Assembly: GCA_964544475.1 (NCBI GenBank)
Contig: CAZJBS010000027.1
Location: 1-41,273 of the forward strand
Reading direction: 5' to 3'
DNA: 41,273 nucleotides
DNA from: an uncultured Bacteroidota bacterium
GTDB taxonomy: Bacteria > CLD3 > SB21
Program-made: the position numbers and the translations under genes
The notes under the pieces: generated by a model
What the model was told of the DNA's origin: nothing
What the model saw: only the letters and a program-made list of their open reading frames with translations
Database searches by the model: none
Shown: piece by piece, positions 18,551 to 28,391 of the stretch
Numbering within the stretch: position 1 is the stretch's first letter
Layout: each line of letters begins with the position of its first letter

Positions 18551-19099
18551 TTAGGATTGTCCTTTAAACTTTGCAAATTCCGCATGCAGCCGGCCATACG
18601 TATCTGAAATGTACTCCGGCATGACTTTGATGTCGCCAATGATCGGCATGAAATTCGTGTCGCCATTCCAACGCGGCACGATGTGGAGGTGCACGTGATC
18701 GTCGATTCCTGCCCCGGCCACCCTCCCGAGATTCACACCCAGATTGAAACCGTCAGGCCGCATGGATTCGCGCAGAGCCGTGATGCTTTTTTGCGTGGTT
18801 TGCATGAAATCCAGCAGGGTTTCCGGCGGCAGAGTGTTAAGATCACCGGCATGCTGGTAGGGAACGACCATGAGATGGCCGTTGTTGTAAGGGTAGAGAT
18901 TCATGATAACAAAGGAATGACTGGACCGGAAGAGGATCAGGTTTTCTTTGTCATGGTCGGCTTGGGGTTTGAAACAAAAAATGCAGCCCTCCCCTTCACT
19001 CTTGTTTTCGGCCTTGATGTACTTCATGCGCCATGGCGCCCACAACTGTTCGGTCAAAACGATCTCCCTGGATTGGTTGGTGCATTGGGGTCTGTCCAC
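18551..19099 (-). CDS. HIT family (histidine triad) nucleotide hydrolase
   Basis: LWAPWRMKY N-terminal signature and HVHLHIVPRW histidine triad. Stop 1 nt from the rsgA start. 5' end overlaps the ispG 3' end, so the true start may be internal. Confidence 0.85.
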   Translation of the reverse strand: MDRPQCTNQSREIVLTEQLWAPWRMKYIKAENKSEGEGCIFCFKPQADHDKENLILFRSSHSFVIMNLYPYNNGHLMVVPYQHAGDLNTLPPETLLDFMQTTQKSITALRESMRPDGFNLGVNLGRVAGAGIDDHVHLHIVPRWNGDTNFMPIIGDIKVMPEYISDTYGRLHAEFAKFKGQS

Positions 19100-21186
19100 A
19101 TGCCTTTGCGGCGAATAAGATCGATCAGACGGTCATCCGCCACGGCCATGTCAATATTTCGTTCGACAAGTTCCTTTCCAACATACAGGTTGATTTTGCC
19201 GGCACCGGACCCCACGTACCCGAAATCGGCGTCGGCCATTTCGCCGGGCCCGTTGACGATGCAGCCCATAATGGCAATCTTGACGCCTTTCAGATGGCCC
19301 GTCCTGGCCTTGATGCGCGACGTGACCTCCTGCAGATCAAAGAGCGTCCGTCCACAGGACGGGCAGGATATGAATTCCGTTTTGGAAATGCGCAAACGGG
19401 TAGCCTGGAGAATATTGTAATGCAGACGCATGAGAGCGTCCGGTGTTGCCGAATTATCCCGAATGCCGATCGCATCGCCGATACCGTCAAGGAGCAGAGA
19501 TCCCGCGGCCACGGACGACTGGAACAGCACGGAGCAATCCTTGCAGGCGGATTGATCATACGCCAGCAGGATGGGAGGATTCTGCCCCGCTTCGTGAAGC
19601 CTGGCGTCAAGCCATCGGTTTGCTGCGATAACGTGGGGATGATGCACACATAACACGAAGTTCGCAAATCCAATCTGCCGGCACATATCCGACAGGAGGA
19701 CCCCCAACGTGGCGAGCCTGGACAGTTCAGAATCGGACGGCTCAACAAAATCCGGTACCACACCCATGCGGAGGTCAAAACGCAACGCCTTCTTTTCATG
19801 CCGTGCCGTCTCGTTTATCAGGCGTTCAACGTCTTCACGCCAACCCCTTTCTTCCTGACCCGGGAGAGGCATCCATGAAATCATGTCGGCATCGTTCAGG
19901 ATTTCCGGCATCCACGGCCCGTCGATCATGGCACAAAAGGCGGCCGCCGATCCACCGGTCCGGGCTTCTGAGGCCGCCTCCCGAAAAATTCTCAGATCTT
20001 CCGGAGACGAAACCTGGCACGACACTATTTCCGGACACGTGCCGGCTGAGGCAAGATGGACCAGCGCAGATGCCATGGACCCATCATCAAAACGGACCTG
20101 ATCAACCGTCCACTCCACTCGTACCGCATGAACACCTCCGATGTTGAAGGGTTTCATTTCGACAGTCTGGCTCCAACGGCGCCCGTACGCATAGGGATTT
20201 CTGGCATTCTGCCTTTGGCTGGTCCACGGCGCCGCGGGTGAGAATTTGGAATGGGATGACCGATCATACGCGTGGGTAATCTGACGCGCCGCAGGAATCT
20301 CATGTACCGAATCTTCGGTTAACGACACGCGTATGGTGTCGCCGATCCCATCCTCAAGCAGGGCGCCGATTCCGATCGCAGACTTTATGCGGGCGTCTTC
20401 GCCATCGCCGGCTTCTGTAACTCCAAGGTGAAAAGGATAATCCATTCCGGCTTCCAGCATGCGCGCGGCCAATAACCGGTACGCCGCCACCATCACCTGT
20501 GGGTTGGACGATTTCATGGAAAGGACTATGTCATGGAAGTCGTATCGCTCGCACATCCGTACAAACTCAAGCGCGGATTCCACCATGCCGGCGGGCGTGT
20601 CACCAAAGCGGTTCATGATTCGGTCGGACAAGGAGCCATGATTCGTTCCTATACGCAGGGCCACGCCATAGGTCTTGCATTTCAATATCAGCGGCTTGAA
20701 AAGAGCCTCCACGCGCTCCAATTCTCTTTCATAATCCGCGTCGGAGTAGTCCATCACAACAAATTTTTTCTTGTCCGCGTAGTTCCCGGGATTGATGCGT
20801 ACCTTTTCGACATGTTCGACAGCCTTCAACGCCGCGTTGGGCGTGAAATGAATATCGGCCACGAGAGGAACCTTAACTCCAAGACGGCGAATTCCGTCGC
20901 GAATGGCCTTGAGATTTTCCGCTTCTCGAAGCGAGGGCGCCGTCAGTCGGACTATTTCGCATCCGGCATCGACCAATTCTCGGATCTGTCGGATACTGCC
21001 ATCCGTGTCCATCGTATTGGTTGTCGTCATGGACTGGATCCGGATAGGATTGGTGCCTCCAATACCGACGTCACCCACGCGGACGACTCGCGTGTGGCGT
21101 CGCACACAGGCGAAGTCATGTTCACAATATCGGAGTGTCGGATCGATGCGAACGAGTCGGGTGATCGAGAGCGTATCCGTGACCAT
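19054..21186 (-). CDS. ispG: 4-hydroxy-3-methylbut-2-enyl diphosphate synthase (IspG/GcpE), long form with insert domain
   Basis: 710 aa. N-terminal TIM-barrel motifs (VGDVGIGGTNPIRIQSMTTT, VADIHF, LRIGTNHGS), C-terminal 4Fe-4S domain (SCPSCGRT...MGCIVNGPGE), and a roughly 300-aa insertion as in the Bacteroidetes/Chlamydia/plant-type enzyme. Confidence 0.9.
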   Translation of the reverse strand: MVTDTLSITRLVRIDPTLRYCEHDFACVRRHTRVVRVGDVGIGGTNPIRIQSMTTTNTMDTDGSIRQIRELVDAGCEIVRLTAPSLREAENLKAIRDGIRRLGVKVPLVADIHFTPNAALKAVEHVEKVRINPGNYADKKKFVVMDYSDADYERELERVEALFKPLILKCKTYGVALRIGTNHGSLSDRIMNRFGDTPAGMVESALEFVRMCERYDFHDIVLSMKSSNPQVMVAAYRLLAARMLEAGMDYPFHLGVTEAGDGEDARIKSAIGIGALLEDGIGDTIRVSLTEDSVHEIPAARQITHAYDRSSHSKFSPAAPWTSQRQNARNPYAYGRRWSQTVEMKPFNIGGVHAVRVEWTVDQVRFDDGSMASALVHLASAGTCPEIVSCQVSSPEDLRIFREAASEARTGGSAAAFCAMIDGPWMPEILNDADMISWMPLPGQEERGWREDVERLINETARHEKKALRFDLRMGVVPDFVEPSDSELSRLATLGVLLSDMCRQIGFANFVLCVHHPHVIAANRWLDARLHEAGQNPPILLAYDQSACKDCSVLFQSSVAAGSLLLDGIGDAIGIRDNSATPDALMRLHYNILQATRLRISKTEFISCPSCGRTLFDLQEVTSRIKARTGHLKGVKIAIMGCIVNGPGEMADADFGYVGSGAGKINLYVGKELVERNIDMAVADDRLIDLIRRKGMWTDPNAPTNPGRSF

Positions 21187-21195
21187 TCCTACCGT

Positions 21196-21960
21196 CTAAG
21201 CTTCCTGCCCCGACAAATTGGCGGAGATTCGGTTGATGCCGCTATGCAATTTTTTGAAGACCTTTTCCAGGTTTTCAAGGTCGGCCGTATCTGGCGCCGT
21301 CAGGGCCACGTAAAATTCCTGCCCGTCGGTTCTTTCCCAAACGTACTTTCGGGCATGCACCTTCAACAGGCCTTCACCGACAATAATGCTCTTGGAGAAA
21401 GGCTCGCTCCATGGCGTTTGGGCGATGGCCACATTCATGGCCTGGATCACATTGCGCAAGGTATCCCCGTCCAAAACGCGGGATCCCACCGTGAGCTTGG
21501 GACGCCGGTTGCTGTGATAGATGCCCGAGGCGGCATAGTTGTTATCGTTGATGTGGTACATCAGCAGCATCATCAGGGCGTCGTCGGTCTGTTCGGCCCG
21601 TTGCTTGCGACGGTCAAACATTTGCCGGATCACTTCGATCTGGCCTTTGAGTTTGTTGCCGGCGCACACAGGGTGAGACACAAAACACGAACGGCCGCGG
21701 CATGTGTCGAGCGGTTCACCGCACAATTGACTACGCCAGTAGTCCACAGTCGATGTCATGCGGGCTATGACGGCATCGCGGCTCAAGGCATGGCCCTGTT
21801 CGTCTTTCCCAACGTACAGGATCGCCTCCCATAGAAACTCCTGGATGTCTGAAAGTTCGTACGGAGATGCTCTTTCAATCATGCGGTCAAAATCGGACTT
21901 ACTGAAGACCGCCTTAATGAGCTGCACTTTGAATTCGCGGCTCAACGTTGTCGTGGACAT
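21196..21960 (-). CDS. Hypothetical Cys-cluster protein (C-x6-C-x4-C-x6-C), first gene of the ispG operon
   Basis: 254 aa. Cysteine cluster QLCGEPLDTCRGRSCFVSHPVCAG. No recognised family. 9-nt gap to the ispG start. Confidence 0.5.
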   Translation of the reverse strand: MSTTTLSREFKVQLIKAVFSKSDFDRMIERASPYELSDIQEFLWEAILYVGKDEQGHALSRDAVIARMTSTVDYWRSQLCGEPLDTCRGRSCFVSHPVCAGNKLKGQIEVIRQMFDRRKQRAEQTDDALMMLLMYHINDNNYAASGIYHSNRRPKLTVGSRVLDGDTLRNVIQAMNVAIAQTPWSEPFSKSIIVGEGLLKVHARKYVWERTDGQEFYVALTAPDTADLENLEKVFKKLHSGINRISANLSGQEA

Positions 21961-22025
21961 ATGTGCTCCTCTGGTAGCCTGTGTGTGCCGGCCAATGATA
22001 AATGGAATACGGATCCAAGCATAAA

Positions 22026-23036
22026 CTAAGTCATTTCCGATTTGGATTGTCGGGTCATCAGATCATAAACCGCGGTCCGGGGATCCTTGTCCTCGAAAAT
22101 GACACGGTAGACCTGTTCCGTGATGGGCATGTCCACGCCATACTTCTGGCATAACGCCCATGCGGCCCTGGCGGTCTTGACACCTTCCGCCACCATTTTC
22201 ATGTGTGAAAGGATGTCGTTCAGTTTCTTGCCCTGCCCGAGTTGAATGCCCACCTGACGGTTGCGGCTCAAGTCGCCGGTACACGTCAAGACCAGATCGC
22301 CCATACCTGACAAGCCAAGGAATGTCATTTCGTTGGCGCCCATCTTCTTTCCTAACCGGAGGATTTCGGCTACGCCTCTCGTAATCAATGCGGCGCGTGT
22401 ATTGTGACCGAAACCCAGGCCGTCGCTGATGCCGGCGGCGATGGCGATAACGTTCTTGAGGGCGCTGGCCAATTCCGATCCGACAATGTCGGTAGTGGTA
22501 TAAACGCGGAATCGATCCGAGGCAAAAATATCCTGGCAATACCGGGCTGTATCCTCGTTTTTGGATGCGATGGTCACCGCGGTTGGATTGCCGGCTGCCA
22601 CTTCTCTGGCAAAACTTGGCCCGGAAAGGTAAGCCAGCTTGTGATGGTTGGACGCCGGCAAAATGTCTTCCAACAACTGGGACATAGTCAGCAGGGTTTC
22701 ATTCTCCAGCCCTTTGGTGCAATTAACAATGACGGCGGCGTCGTGGAGATACGAAAGCGCGCTGGTCATGACGGCCCGCGTCGCATGGCTGGGATTGACC
22801 TGCAGAACGACCGAACGACCCGTCAGGCATTCCTCCAAAGACGTTGTGGCGTTCACTTTCGGTGGTAATTCGAAACCCGGAAGGTATGTCGCGTTTTCCC
22901 GGCTTGTGGTGATCTGCTCAACCACGGAGGCTTCATAAGCCCATATGGTTACCGGATATCCCTTACGTGCCAAGTGAACGGCCATAGCCGTCCCGAAGCT
23001 CCCCGCACCAATGATCCCGATTTTAGTTGTCATCAT
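22026..23036 (-). CDS. gpsA: NAD(P)H-dependent glycerol-3-phosphate dehydrogenase
   Basis: 336 aa. N-terminal Rossmann motif KIGIIGAGSFGTAMAVHLARKG, conserved GpsA body, GLSGMGDLVLTC motif. Confidence 0.9.
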   Translation of the reverse strand: MMTTKIGIIGAGSFGTAMAVHLARKGYPVTIWAYEASVVEQITTSRENATYLPGFELPPKVNATTSLEECLTGRSVVLQVNPSHATRAVMTSALSYLHDAAVIVNCTKGLENETLLTMSQLLEDILPASNHHKLAYLSGPSFAREVAAGNPTAVTIASKNEDTARYCQDIFASDRFRVYTTTDIVGSELASALKNVIAIAAGISDGLGFGHNTRAALITRGVAEILRLGKKMGANEMTFLGLSGMGDLVLTCTGDLSRNRQVGIQLGQGKKLNDILSHMKMVAEGVKTARAAWALCQKYGVDMPITEQVYRVIFEDKDPRTAVYDLMTRQSKSEMT

Positions 23037-23278
23037 AGCCGTTCTGCTTGACTGCTACTGCCCTTCTTATCAACATCAAAGCATTCTCATAATTTTTGAC
23101 TTTTTTTCCTTAACTAAAGTGAAAATTAATATAGAAATAATGAATTCATTTCGCAAGCAATTATGCAGCCGGAAAGGACCTATTGGCCTGACCGCTCCCT
23201 TCCAACGAACAATCCTCTTGAATATTTGAGAAGTGCAGTATACTTTTCGTCACTATTCAGGCAAGGAGCATTCGAATA

Positions 23279-23830
23279 ATGAATATTTATCTGGAGGCAG
23301 GATCTGGATTCAATGGCGGACATGATGTGTATGGCCGTGAAATCGTCGGTTCTGCAGAAACATCCCCCACCATTCGAGCCTGTTGTGAAGAACTGAACCG
23401 ACACACGGAGGTCTCCGACAAATCGATCCGCGTCATACCGTTGACCGAGACCGCACCTGCCGGAATCAGTGCCGGCGATCTATTGATATCCGTCCACTTC
23501 AATTTCTACCGTGATTCTGCCGGAGTCGGATTGCGGGGATATTATCGCAGCACTCATTTATCAAATTCCGAACGTTGCAAGGCCTTGGCGATCACGGTAA
23601 CGAAGGCCCTCCATGACCACGTTGACATGTACTATCATGGGGTGTTCAATGAAAAATCCCAGCAACACCCCGGGTTGGCGTCGATGAGCAAAAGCAAGGC
23701 GGTCTCATGTATTGTTGAATTAGGTTTTGACGAGACATTCAAAGAAAAAGCCGGTGACCTTCAACTTCATCAGAACATAGGTTCAGGTATCGCACGGGGG
23801 ATTCTGCGCCATTTGAGTGCTTTGCATTGA
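23279..23830 (+). CDS. Divergent Amidase_3-like N-acetylmuramoyl-L-alanine amidase catalytic-domain protein, no signal peptide
   Basis: 183 aa. ISVHFN (SIHaNa-like) and AVSCIVELGFDETFKEKAG...IARGI (PAVLVELGF...IA.GI-like). The first Zn-ligand GHGG motif is degenerate (GSGFNGGHD). AAGGAG RBS 8 nt upstream. Flanked by AT-rich DNA. Confidence 0.55.
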   Translation: MNIYLEAGSGFNGGHDVYGREIVGSAETSPTIRACCEELNRHTEVSDKSIRVIPLTETAPAGISAGDLLISVHFNFYRDSAGVGLRGYYRSTHLSNSERCKALAITVTKALHDHVDMYYHGVFNEKSQQHPGLASMSKSKAVSCIVELGFDETFKEKAGDLQLHQNIGSGIARGILRHLSALH

Positions 23831-23932
23831 CATGCTTGAGTGAGCCGGTCTTTGACCGAATGCTGTCCCTTCTTGTATAATTGGTGCACAAGAATACGTG
23901 ACGTAATTCATTGTTTAACAAGCAAAAACACC

Positions 23933-23961
23933 TTGACAAAGCAAGAGTGATTGCTTATTAT
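23933..23961 (+). promoter_or_regulatory. Sigma70-type promoter for the downstream OMP gene
   Basis: TTGACA (23933-23938), 17-nt spacer, TATTAT (23956-23961). AGGAGGA RBS 5 nt before the ATG at 24032. Confidence 0.55.
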
Positions 23962-24031
23962 TCTTTCAATTATATACGTTTACATTGAATTCTGACTTCT
24001 CCATTTTCGTGTGGCAAATTTAGGAGGACAT

Positions 24032-25207
24032 ATGCCGTTCGCAAGGAATAGAACTGTTGTCGTTGTGGCCGTCGTCGCGCTGGCCTTGTTGGGCATGACG
24101 CAGACCGGTATGGCCCAGATAGGAACAGGTCTGGCAACAGGCAAGTACGGCAGCTTCAACACCTACTCGGCCTATGCCTTGGATCCCGGACACCTCATCG
24201 TGTACAATCAGGGTCGAGTATTTGCTTCCGCCGGTCTCAGTGGTAGCCGAAATGTCAATTTGTGGCAGGCTTCCAACAGCATCACGGTTGCCTATGGAAT
24301 CACGTCTCATTTTGACATCCTCGCATCCATTGGAACCTACCAGGATCTCAACATACGATCCCTGGCAAATGCCAAAGACAAACAGGCGACAACACCGGGT
24401 GATATGTATGTCGCGTTGCGTGGAGGCTCTTTCGATTTTTCAGATGGATCCTTTGGCTTGGGTGGAGCCCTGACGCTTCGCGTTCCAACCGGAGGGCAAA
24501 ACAACATTCCGTTTGAAGTCTACAAGAGCGACGGCGTTGAATTTGGTCTGATGTCCATGGCGTCCTACTATGGCAACGCGTACTACAAGGAACAGGCGAT
24601 TGTTGTGAATGCCAATCTGGGTTGGTGGAACCACTTGGACAACGGTAGAAGAGTGGCTCCCATTAAGGTCCCCAAGTCGGCCGATTCAGCCTTCAGTGAA
24701 GTCAATGCCATGCACTTACAGTATGGTTTGGGCATAATTCTTCCCGTCAGTAAGTTCCAGATCATGCTGGACATGTATGGTGTGGCTTTCTTGCAGGAAC
24801 CTGCGAAATATGCTTACAGCCGCGAGTCTTTCATGTATGTGACTCCAGGGTTTCGATACAGCGTCAGACCTTGGGTCAATGTGGGGGTCTATACCGACAT
24901 CCTGCTTTCAGGAACGAAAAACAAGACGGGAGAATCCCAGGCCATTGGGGTAATGAGCCCGGGTACTGGCAAGACTAAGAATTACGCACCATGGCGCCTG
25001 GGTGTCGGATTGGGTTTCAACATCCTTCCGGCCAACTTCTCTTCGGGTCCGACCGAGCAGAAGCGAAAGAAACTGCTGGACAAACTTCTGGAAGAAGAAA
25101 AAGGCGCCCAGAAGGCCTCCAGCCAGCTGGACAAATTAAAGAGCATCCGTATCAACGCGGAAAAAGAACTTGAGAAAATCCGACTGGAGTTAGAAGGCAA
25201 CCAGTAA
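24032..25207 (+). CDS. Outer-membrane beta-barrel protein (porin-like) with a C-terminal charged coiled-coil tail
   Basis: Signal peptide MPFARNRTVVVVAVVALALLGMTQTGMAQ. Alternating amphipathic beta-strand pattern. Barrel-terminal motif GVGLGFNILPANF, then about 55 aa of K/E-rich heptad sequence (EQKRKKLLDKLLEEEKGAQKA...EKIRLELEGNQ). The ORF is open from 24011. Confidence 0.65.
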   Translation: MPFARNRTVVVVAVVALALLGMTQTGMAQIGTGLATGKYGSFNTYSAYALDPGHLIVYNQGRVFASAGLSGSRNVNLWQASNSITVAYGITSHFDILASIGTYQDLNIRSLANAKDKQATTPGDMYVALRGGSFDFSDGSFGLGGALTLRVPTGGQNNIPFEVYKSDGVEFGLMSMASYYGNAYYKEQAIVVNANLGWWNHLDNGRRVAPIKVPKSADSAFSEVNAMHLQYGLGIILPVSKFQIMLDMYGVAFLQEPAKYAYSRESFMYVTPGFRYSVRPWVNVGVYTDILLSGTKNKTGESQAIGVMSPGTGKTKNYAPWRLGVGLGFNILPANFSSGPTEQKRKKLLDKLLEEEKGAQKASSQLDKLKSIRINAEKELEKIRLELEGNQ

Positions 25208-25555
<348 letters not shown>

Positions 25556-25631
25556 TTTTGGAACGCCAATCCGCAAAGTTCGTTTGCGGGTCAGGCGACT
25601 CTCCTTTGCGGGAGCTTCCTAGGGATTTTAG

Positions 25632-25662
25632 CCCCTTTCCAAATTGGAAAGGGGTTTTTTGT
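25632..25662 (+). terminator. Rho-independent terminator/attenuator between glnB and glnA
   Basis: CCCCTTTCC-aaatt-GGAAAGGGG followed by TTTTTTGTTG. Confidence 0.7.
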
Positions 25663-25709
25663 TGTCATCATTAGCGCACCACATATTAATATCATAACGT
25701 AAGGAGCCA

Positions 25710-27137
25710 ATGAATATGAGCAGCGATCTTGCCAAGGGTGTTCTGGATATGGCAAAAAAGAAAGACGTCAAAGTCGTCGACTTCAAATTCGTGGACCTTG
25801 TCGGCGTCTGGCAGCACTTTTCAGTGCCGGTCGGCGAGTTGACGGATGACGTTTTTGAAAATGGACTAGGTTTCGACGGATCCAGTATCCGGGGATGGAA
25901 GGCCATCAACGAAAGCGACATGCTCGTAATTCCGGATCCAGCGACCGCTCTTGTTGATCCGTTCCAATTCCCAACCACGCTCAGCCTTGTTTGCGATATT
26001 CACGAACCACTGACCAAAGAGCGTTTCCGCCGGTGCCCCCGAGGTATCGCGGCGAATGCTGAGAACTATCTCAAGTCGACCGGGCTGGCCGATACGGCCT
26101 ATCTGGGGCCGGAGGCGGAATTCTTCATCTTCGATGACGTACGATTTGACCAGACCCAAAACGCTGGTTATTACTACATCGATTCCATAGAAGGTGTGTG
26201 GAATCGGGGCAGGGAAGAACACCCAAACCAGGGTTACAAAATCCGGAACAAGGAGGGCTATTTTCCCGTACCGCCGGCCGACCAGTTCCAGAACATGCGC
26301 AACGAGATGATCATGATCATGGAGGAATGCGGCCTCAAGGTGGAACGGCATCACCATGAGGTGGCCACGGCGGGTCAGGCCGAAATTGACTACCGATTCA
26401 ACGCCCTGAAGCGCTGCGGTGATGATATGATGCTTTTCAAATACATCATAAAGAATGTGGCCGCGAAACACGGAAAAACCGCCACATTTATGCCCAAGCC
26501 GATTTTTGGCGACAATGGCAGTGGTATGCATGTGCATGTCAGTTTGTGGAAAGCCGGCCAGCCGCTCTTCGCCGGCAATCAATACGCGGGTTTGAGCGAA
26601 ATGGCCCTGTATTTCATAGGCGGAATTCTCAAGCACACCAAAGCGCTGAATGCCCTGGCCAACCCGACAACGAATTCGTACAAACGCCTGACGCCGGGTT
26701 TTGAAGCGCCGGTCAACCTTGCTTACTCTCAGAGCAATCGAAGCGCGGCCGTCCGGATACCCATGTATTCCACCAGTCCAAAATCCAAACGCATCGAATA
26801 CCGGTGTCCCGATCCTTCCTGCAATCCTTACCTTGCTTTTTCAGCGATTGTGATGGCCGGCGTCGACGGCATTGTGAACAAAATCCATCCCGGCAACCCG
26901 CTGGATAAGAACATCTACGATCTGGAACCTGAAGAACTGGCCAAAGTTCCGAGCACCTGTGCGTCATTGGACGAGGCACTAAAGGCCTTGGAAAACGATT
27001 ACGAGTTTTTGCTCAAGGGCGACGTCTTTTCAGAGGATGTGGTTCAGACGTGGATACAATACAAGCGCGACCATGAGGTCAATGCGTTGCGTCTGCGACC
27101 TCATCCATACGAATTTGCCCTGTATTATGACATTTGA
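25710..27137 (+). CDS. glnA: Glutamine synthetase type I
   Basis: Colinear with E. coli GlnA from the N-terminus ([45 protein letters not shown]). AAGGAG RBS; the second ATG at 25716 (MSSDL) has better spacing. Confidence 0.95.
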   Translation: MNMSSDLAKGVLDMAKKKDVKVVDFKFVDLVGVWQHFSVPVGELTDDVFENGLGFDGSSIRGWKAINESDMLVIPDPATALVDPFQFPTTLSLVCDIHEPLTKERFRRCPRGIAANAENYLKSTGLADTAYLGPEAEFFIFDDVRFDQTQNAGYYYIDSIEGVWNRGREEHPNQGYKIRNKEGYFPVPPADQFQNMRNEMIMIMEECGLKVERHHHEVATAGQAEIDYRFNALKRCGDDMMLFKYIIKNVAAKHGKTATFMPKPIFGDNGSGMHVHVSLWKAGQPLFAGNQYAGLSEMALYFIGGILKHTKALNALANPTTNSYKRLTPGFEAPVNLAYSQSNRSAAVRIPMYSTSPKSKRIEYRCPDPSCNPYLAFSAIVMAGVDGIVNKIHPGNPLDKNIYDLEPEELAKVPSTCASLDEALKALENDYEFLLKGDVFSEDVVQTWIQYKRDHEVNALRLRPHPYEFALYYDI

Positions 27138-27158
27138 TAGCATTTCGAGCAGATCTTT

Positions 27159-27194
27159 AGCCGGAATGGATTTCTCATTCCGGCTTTTTTTTTG
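27159..27194 (+). terminator. Rho-independent terminator after glnA
   Basis: AGCCGGAATG-gatttctc-CATTCCGGCT followed by 9 T. Confidence 0.8.
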
Positions 27195-27257
27195 ACTTTT
27201 CAGTCAATTTTCGATACTATTGCTAAATTTTTCAGCCTGTGATCCATAAGGAAAGCC

Positions 27258-28365
27258 ATGATTGAGATTTCCGACATCGAAAACCAACTGGACAGGATTC
27301 GCAAGAAAATATCCGAGATGCGGGGGTATCTTTGACATCGAACGACGAGAGACGCGCATTGCTGAGCTTGAGCACCTGAGTACAGCGACGGATTTCTGGA
27401 GCGACAATCAGCGGGCCCAGCAAATCATGCAGGAAATTTCTTCCCAACGAGGGTGGGTCGATGGATGGCGCAAGATGGATGCGCAATGCGAAGATCTGAA
27501 CATGTTATTGGAAATTGCCGAAGAAGAAAGCGATGAAGAATCCCTGGCGTCCATCCACCAGGAACTTCAAGAACTCGACCACGCCCTCTCCCAACTGGAA
27601 CTGCGGGCTTTCTTCACCAACCCCGAAGACGTCAAGAACGCGATCCTGACCATTCACCCCGGCGCCGGCGGCACGGAATCCCAGGACTGGGCCGAGATGC
27701 TGATGCGCTTGTATCAGCGCTGGGCGTCCAAACACGGATTTGGACTGGAAGTACTCGATTTGCTTGACGGGGAAGGCGCCGGTATCAAAAGTGTGACTAT
27801 GGAAATCACCGGAGAATTTGCCTATGGATTTCTCAAGTGCGAGAGCGGGGTGCACCGACTGGTGCGGATTTCGCCGTTCGATTCCAACGCCCGCCGTCAC
27901 ACATCGTTTGCCAGCGTGTTTGCCATGCCGGAAATGGACGAAACGGAGGCACACATCGACATCAATCCTTCCGATCTCAAATTGGACACCTACCGATCCG
28001 GTGGCAAGGGAGGACAGAATGTCAACAAGGTGGAAACGGCTGTGCGCCTGACACACCTGCCAACGGGCATCGTCGTCGCCTGTCAAAGCGAGCGGTCGCA
28101 ACACAAGAATCGTGAAATTGCTATGCGCTTGCTCATTTCCAAGTTGTATCAATTGCAGAAGAAAGCCGAACGTGAGAAGTTGGACAAGATCGAAGCCAGC
28201 AAAACGGACATTGCCTGGGGCAACCAGATTCGATCGTACGTGTTTCACCCTTACAATCTCGTCAAAGACCATCGTACCGACGTCGAAACGAGCAATGTTC
28301 AGGCTGTCATGGAGGGTGATATTGACACGTTCATTGAAGCTGTGTTGAAAAGCAAGAGCGCCTGA
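27258..28365 (+). CDS. prfB: Peptide chain release factor 2, with programmed +1 ribosomal frameshift (ORF1 27258-27332, shift, 27334-28365)
   Basis: ORF1 [25 protein letters not shown] ends in CTT TGA C preceded by the SD-like GGGGG. The +1 frame continues [15 protein letters not shown]... and contains the SPF and GGQ motifs ([34 protein letters not shown]). Confidence 0.95.
27321..27336 (+). other. prfB: Programmed +1 frameshift site of prfB (CGGGGG UAU CUU UGA C)
   Basis: Exact match to the canonical autoregulatory RF2 shift site: internal SD GGGGG, slippery CUU, in-frame UGA followed by C. Confidence 0.9.
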
Positions 28366-28391
28366 TTCATTCAGTATCACAAAGACCCAAT

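Noticed and set aside
20533-21834. 433-aa + strand ORF
   Set aside because: Antisense to ispG and the Cys-cluster gene. No recognisable domain. A shadow ORF.
25660-25709. Sigma-54 (TGGCAC-N5-TTGC) promoter upstream of glnA
   Set aside because: The sequence GCGCACcacatATTAAT does not match the -24 GG / -12 GC elements. A sigma70-like TTGTCA...TATTAA is more plausible.
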